DNA of 62,855 nt, counting the filler, from Octopus bimaculoides (Eukaryota): NCBI RefSeq assembly GCF_001194135.2. It is 4 parts of 4 records of this genome, joined end to end, with 100 filler letters (N's around TTAATTAATTAA, not from the genome) between each part and the next. Parts side by side here need not be neighbours in the genome. Positions count along the whole stretch, not along the records: positions 52,116 to 62,855 come from NC_068983.1; 3 more parts are not named here. One strand, written 5' to 3'. Every line of letters starts with the position of its first letter. Within the stretch, counting starts at the first letter, position 1. The notes under the pieces are model-generated. The model ran no database searches. It was not told the origin of the DNA and saw only the letters and a program-made list of their open reading frames with translations. Positions 59,843 through 62,855 of the stretch are shown in pieces. The translations under genes and the position numbers were made by a program.

Positions 59843-60446
59843 TATTGTTTTGAGCTGAGATGGGGTGCTAGATTCCCTTGTTTCAAAATATAAAGATACA
59901 GATCGTGTCTATAGCCAGCTGGAGACGATGTCTCCTGGGGCTAAATGACAGCAACATTAGTCCTAAACCAGGACTGTCATGTTACGTTGGCAAATAATCT
60001 TTACTCCAAGCTACTGTTGGTAAATATCTCTTGTTGTGAGATTTACAAATAGTAATTTTCTAAACGCAAGTTTGTATGGTAATCGCTCAGGACATGCTCG
60101 ACTGTGCAAACCACGACTCAGACTTGGTGAAGACCATCATCACTGGTGATGAGACAAGGGTTTATAGTCTCTGCTCGTTACGTTCGGTCATTTTGCATGA
60201 AAACGAAAATCCGATCGTCGCTCACTACACATCTGTACTCTAGGCATAATAGTAGTGAACCGACGTGACTTACCGGCGCGAAAATTTTCACTCATGCGTA
60301 GGAAGGGTGACATGACCACGCACTCAAAGGATTTTGCACACGCGGCATTAGTTTTGGTGGAAAAAATAAAATCGGGTACTTTTTGAAGGCACCTCGTATA
60401 TTCTCTACTTGTCATTGACAAGTCTATTAAGAGATGAATGAACCGA

Positions 60447-60845
60447 GGAGCTGGCAGAAACGTTAGCACACCGGGCGAAATGCTTAGCGGTATTTCGTCT
60501 GTCTTTACGTTCTGAGTTCAAATTTCGCTGAAGTCGACTTTGCCTTTCATCCTTTCGGGGTCGATAAATTAAGTACCAGTTGCGTGCTGGGGCCGATCTA
60601 ATCAACTGCCCCCCCTCCCCCAAAATTTCGGGCCTTGTGCCTAGAGTAGAAATTTCTTAAGGCGGCGAACTGGCAGAAACGTTAGCAGGCCGAGCTAAAG
60701 GCTTAGCGGTATTTAGTCTGTCTTTACGTTCTGAGTTCAAATTCCGCCAAGGTCGACTTTGCCTTTCATCCTTTCGGGGTCGATAAATTAAGTACCAGTT
60801 GTGTACTGGTGTCAATCTAATGGACTGGCCCCTCCCCCAAAATTC
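60447..60845 (+). mobile_element. Two tandem SINE family B copies (~60447-60652 and ~60660-60845)
   Basis: Two well-preserved direct copies, GAGCTGGCAGAAACGTTAGC and GGCGGCGAACTGGCAGAAACG. Confidence 0.92.
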
Positions 60846-61381
60846 CTTTCTTCTTTTACAGTTTGGTGTAATCCATTCTTCTGAATAATGAAGGTCACTG
60901 AAATTAAAGAGCGAAACAAAAAAGGCACTGCGAACTAATTATGTTGACCAGAATTCACGGACGTCAACAAATATTTCCATGGTTTTCATGTCATCCGGGA
61001 GATCACAGAAGGGGGCTGGTTAGAGGAAACGGGGGGGGGGGGAAACAAAAGAAAGTGGGAATAGAAATTCCGTATATTTCTTCATTTGCATATACACATC
61101 CACACACACACACACAATACACAACACAACACAACACAATACAATACAACACACACACAAACATACACACATACGAACACACATACTTACGCGCGCGCAC
61201 TCATACACACGCACACATACGCACACAAATTTACACGCGCACATTCATACACACGTACTCATACACACATACTCATACACACACATACACATGCTGTTAT
61301 GCAACATTAAACAAGAATGAAAGAAAACTATGAAAAGGACGCGAAGCTGGGATAACAAAACAATAAGGCACTTATTTGACT

Positions 61382-61382
61382 G

Positions 61383-61415
<33 letters not shown>

Positions 61416-61520
61416 CGACGACGACGACGACGATGGTGATGACGACGACGACAACTGCGGCGACGGCAGCAGGGACAACGACAACAAGGACGATGATAAG
61501 GAGGAAGAAGAGGATTTATG
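61382..61520 (+). repeat. (GAT)n/(GAC)n compound microsatellite
   Basis: Visible trinucleotide tracts; the source of spurious poly-D and poly-S ORFs. Confidence 0.9.
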
Positions 61521-62677
61521 ATGGCTGAATAAACATCTTTATGCAGTAGCAGCGATGTCGACGGTGGCGATAAGAATAATAATTACAGTTCTGTCTGATA
61601 CACTGGATTTTCATTGTCATCATTTCTTCTTTTTTTTTACATCTTCATTTAATCATCAGCAACATCATGTTTCCCATAAATATCATCACCATCCTAATAA
61701 CATAGAAAACAAAATAAACAAAAAAAAAACAGAAGAAAATAATAAAGATGGGGGTGAAATTCAATTGCAGACGACACTTGTGTATCGTTACTAAAATATT
61801 CAGAAATGACATTTTTGAGTCACATTAAAACTTCAATTCTTGTTTGAAACGAACCAGAGATCTATAGAAATGTTTCTAATAGAGCATGTTTGATGTGGTT
61901 GAAATGACTGGCAGAGAAAAAAAAACGCGTATGTTTTGGTGAAAATATTAACATTATCTTGGAAATGTACTATGGTGAAGATGAAGGGGAAATTGAAGGT
62001 CGATAATGGTCAAGTTTTGAAATGAAAGACATTTTTATATTATATCATGATATGTAAGGCTCAGGGCAGGAAATATTGGAAATGAGAAGATCAAAAAGAT
62101 CGGAAGCCAATGATGATGTAAAGTACTTCAAAGAAGATACTTGAAGAAAAAACGAAACGGTGTTTCAGAAAGGTTACTGGTACCTGAGGCTGTGAAAGAA
62201 GAAGAAACAAACAAACAAACAAAAACGGTTGGTTCAGTGAACTGAAGAAGTTTTTAATCAATGACAATATAGTGATGGTAGGACTACAAGGAGGAGGAGG
62301 AGGAGGACAACAGCAACAAGATGACGATGATGAGGAGTAACAGNNNNNNNNNNNNNNNNNNNNNNNNNNNNNNNNNNNNNNNNNNNNNNNNNNNNNGAAG
62401 AAGAAGAAGAAGAAGAAGAAAGAGGAGGAGGAGGAGAAGGAGAAGGAGAAGTAGTAGTAGTAGGAGGAGGAGGAGGAGGAGGACAACAGCAACAAGATGA
62501 CGATGATGAGGAGTAACAGGACTTCTTCCATTTTCATTTTGTCACAATATATTAAAACAGGTTCATATTTCTTAATTACTCAAAATAATTAAATGAATAT
62601 AAACAGATATTTAAATGAGAGATATCACACTCGTAAGGTCAAACACAGGCACAATGACACACACATACATGCATACA

Positions 62678-62709
<32 letters not shown>

Positions 62710-62808
62710 AATGTATACACACACACACACATATATATGCATATATATACATGTATACACACACACATATATATATGCATATATATACATGTATACACAC
62801 ACATATAC

Positions 62809-62855
<47 letters not shown>

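Larger units (their letters stand above)
59574..60009. mobile_element. 436-bp near-perfect palindrome (two inverted ~210-bp pLTR-like units), each with a hammerhead motif near the centre
   Basis: TTGGAGTAAAAGATTGTTTGCCAAC...CATGACAGTCCTGGTTTAGG on the left is mirrored by CCTAAACCAGGACTGTCATG...GTTGGCAAATAATCTTTTACTCCAA on the right; centre ~59786-59797. Confidence 0.92.
59545..60396 (+). mobile_element. Internally deleted mariner element hosting the foldback insertion
   Basis: TA-CGAGGTATGTTCAAAAA on the left and TTTTTGAAGGCACCTCG-TA on the right; internal AQDMLDCANHDSDLVKTIITGDETRVY (mariner GDETW motif region). The TIRs match only partly, so the two ends may come from different families. 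Confidence 0.65.

Noticed and set aside
62288-62520. ~55-bp direct duplication (GAGGAGGACAACAGCAACAAGATGACGATGATGAGGAGTAACAG) flanking a gap and trinucleotide runs
   Set aside because: One copy ends exactly at the gap edge, so contig overlap or slippage is the likelier cause. The short duplications at 20725-20790 and 28241-28280 are likewise gap-adjacent or simple slippage.
1-62855. CRISPR arrays, rRNA genes, intact tRNA genes or prokaryotic operons
   Set aside because: None seen. No regularly spaced repeat-spacer pattern; tRNA-like sequences are SINE heads or degenerate; the architecture is eukaryotic.

Overview
AT-rich, microsatellite- and gap-rich eukaryotic genomic DNA. The SINE families, TTAGGG-type repeats and assembly style point to an Octopus (coleoid cephalopod) genome; this is inference, no database was searched. 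Most of the window is non-coding and built from tRNA-derived SINEs, MITEs and decayed transposons: mariner/Tc1, Sola2-like, piggyBac, hAT-Charlie/Buster MITEs, CR1/L2-type and R4/Dong-type LINE remnants, Penelope-like GIY-YIG remnants and a Gypsy fragment. One host gene fragment lies on the + strand. It has a ~2.1 kb low-complexity exon from 15291 carrying a 30-bp coding VNTR, plus probable small exons. The most striking unannotated signal is a set of related non-coding elements at ~45.1, ~47.7 and ~59.7-59.8 kb, with a weaker candidate at 28.7 kb. Each carries a minimal type I hammerhead-ribozyme motif with a different self-complementary stem III (ACCCGGGT, ACATGT, ATCGCGAT, ATCACGTGAT) and covarying stem I. 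Two of them sit inside inverted-repeat (foldback) architectures. Coordinates of decayed repeats were read by eye and are approximate; ribozyme, TIR and TSD coordinates were counted base by base.
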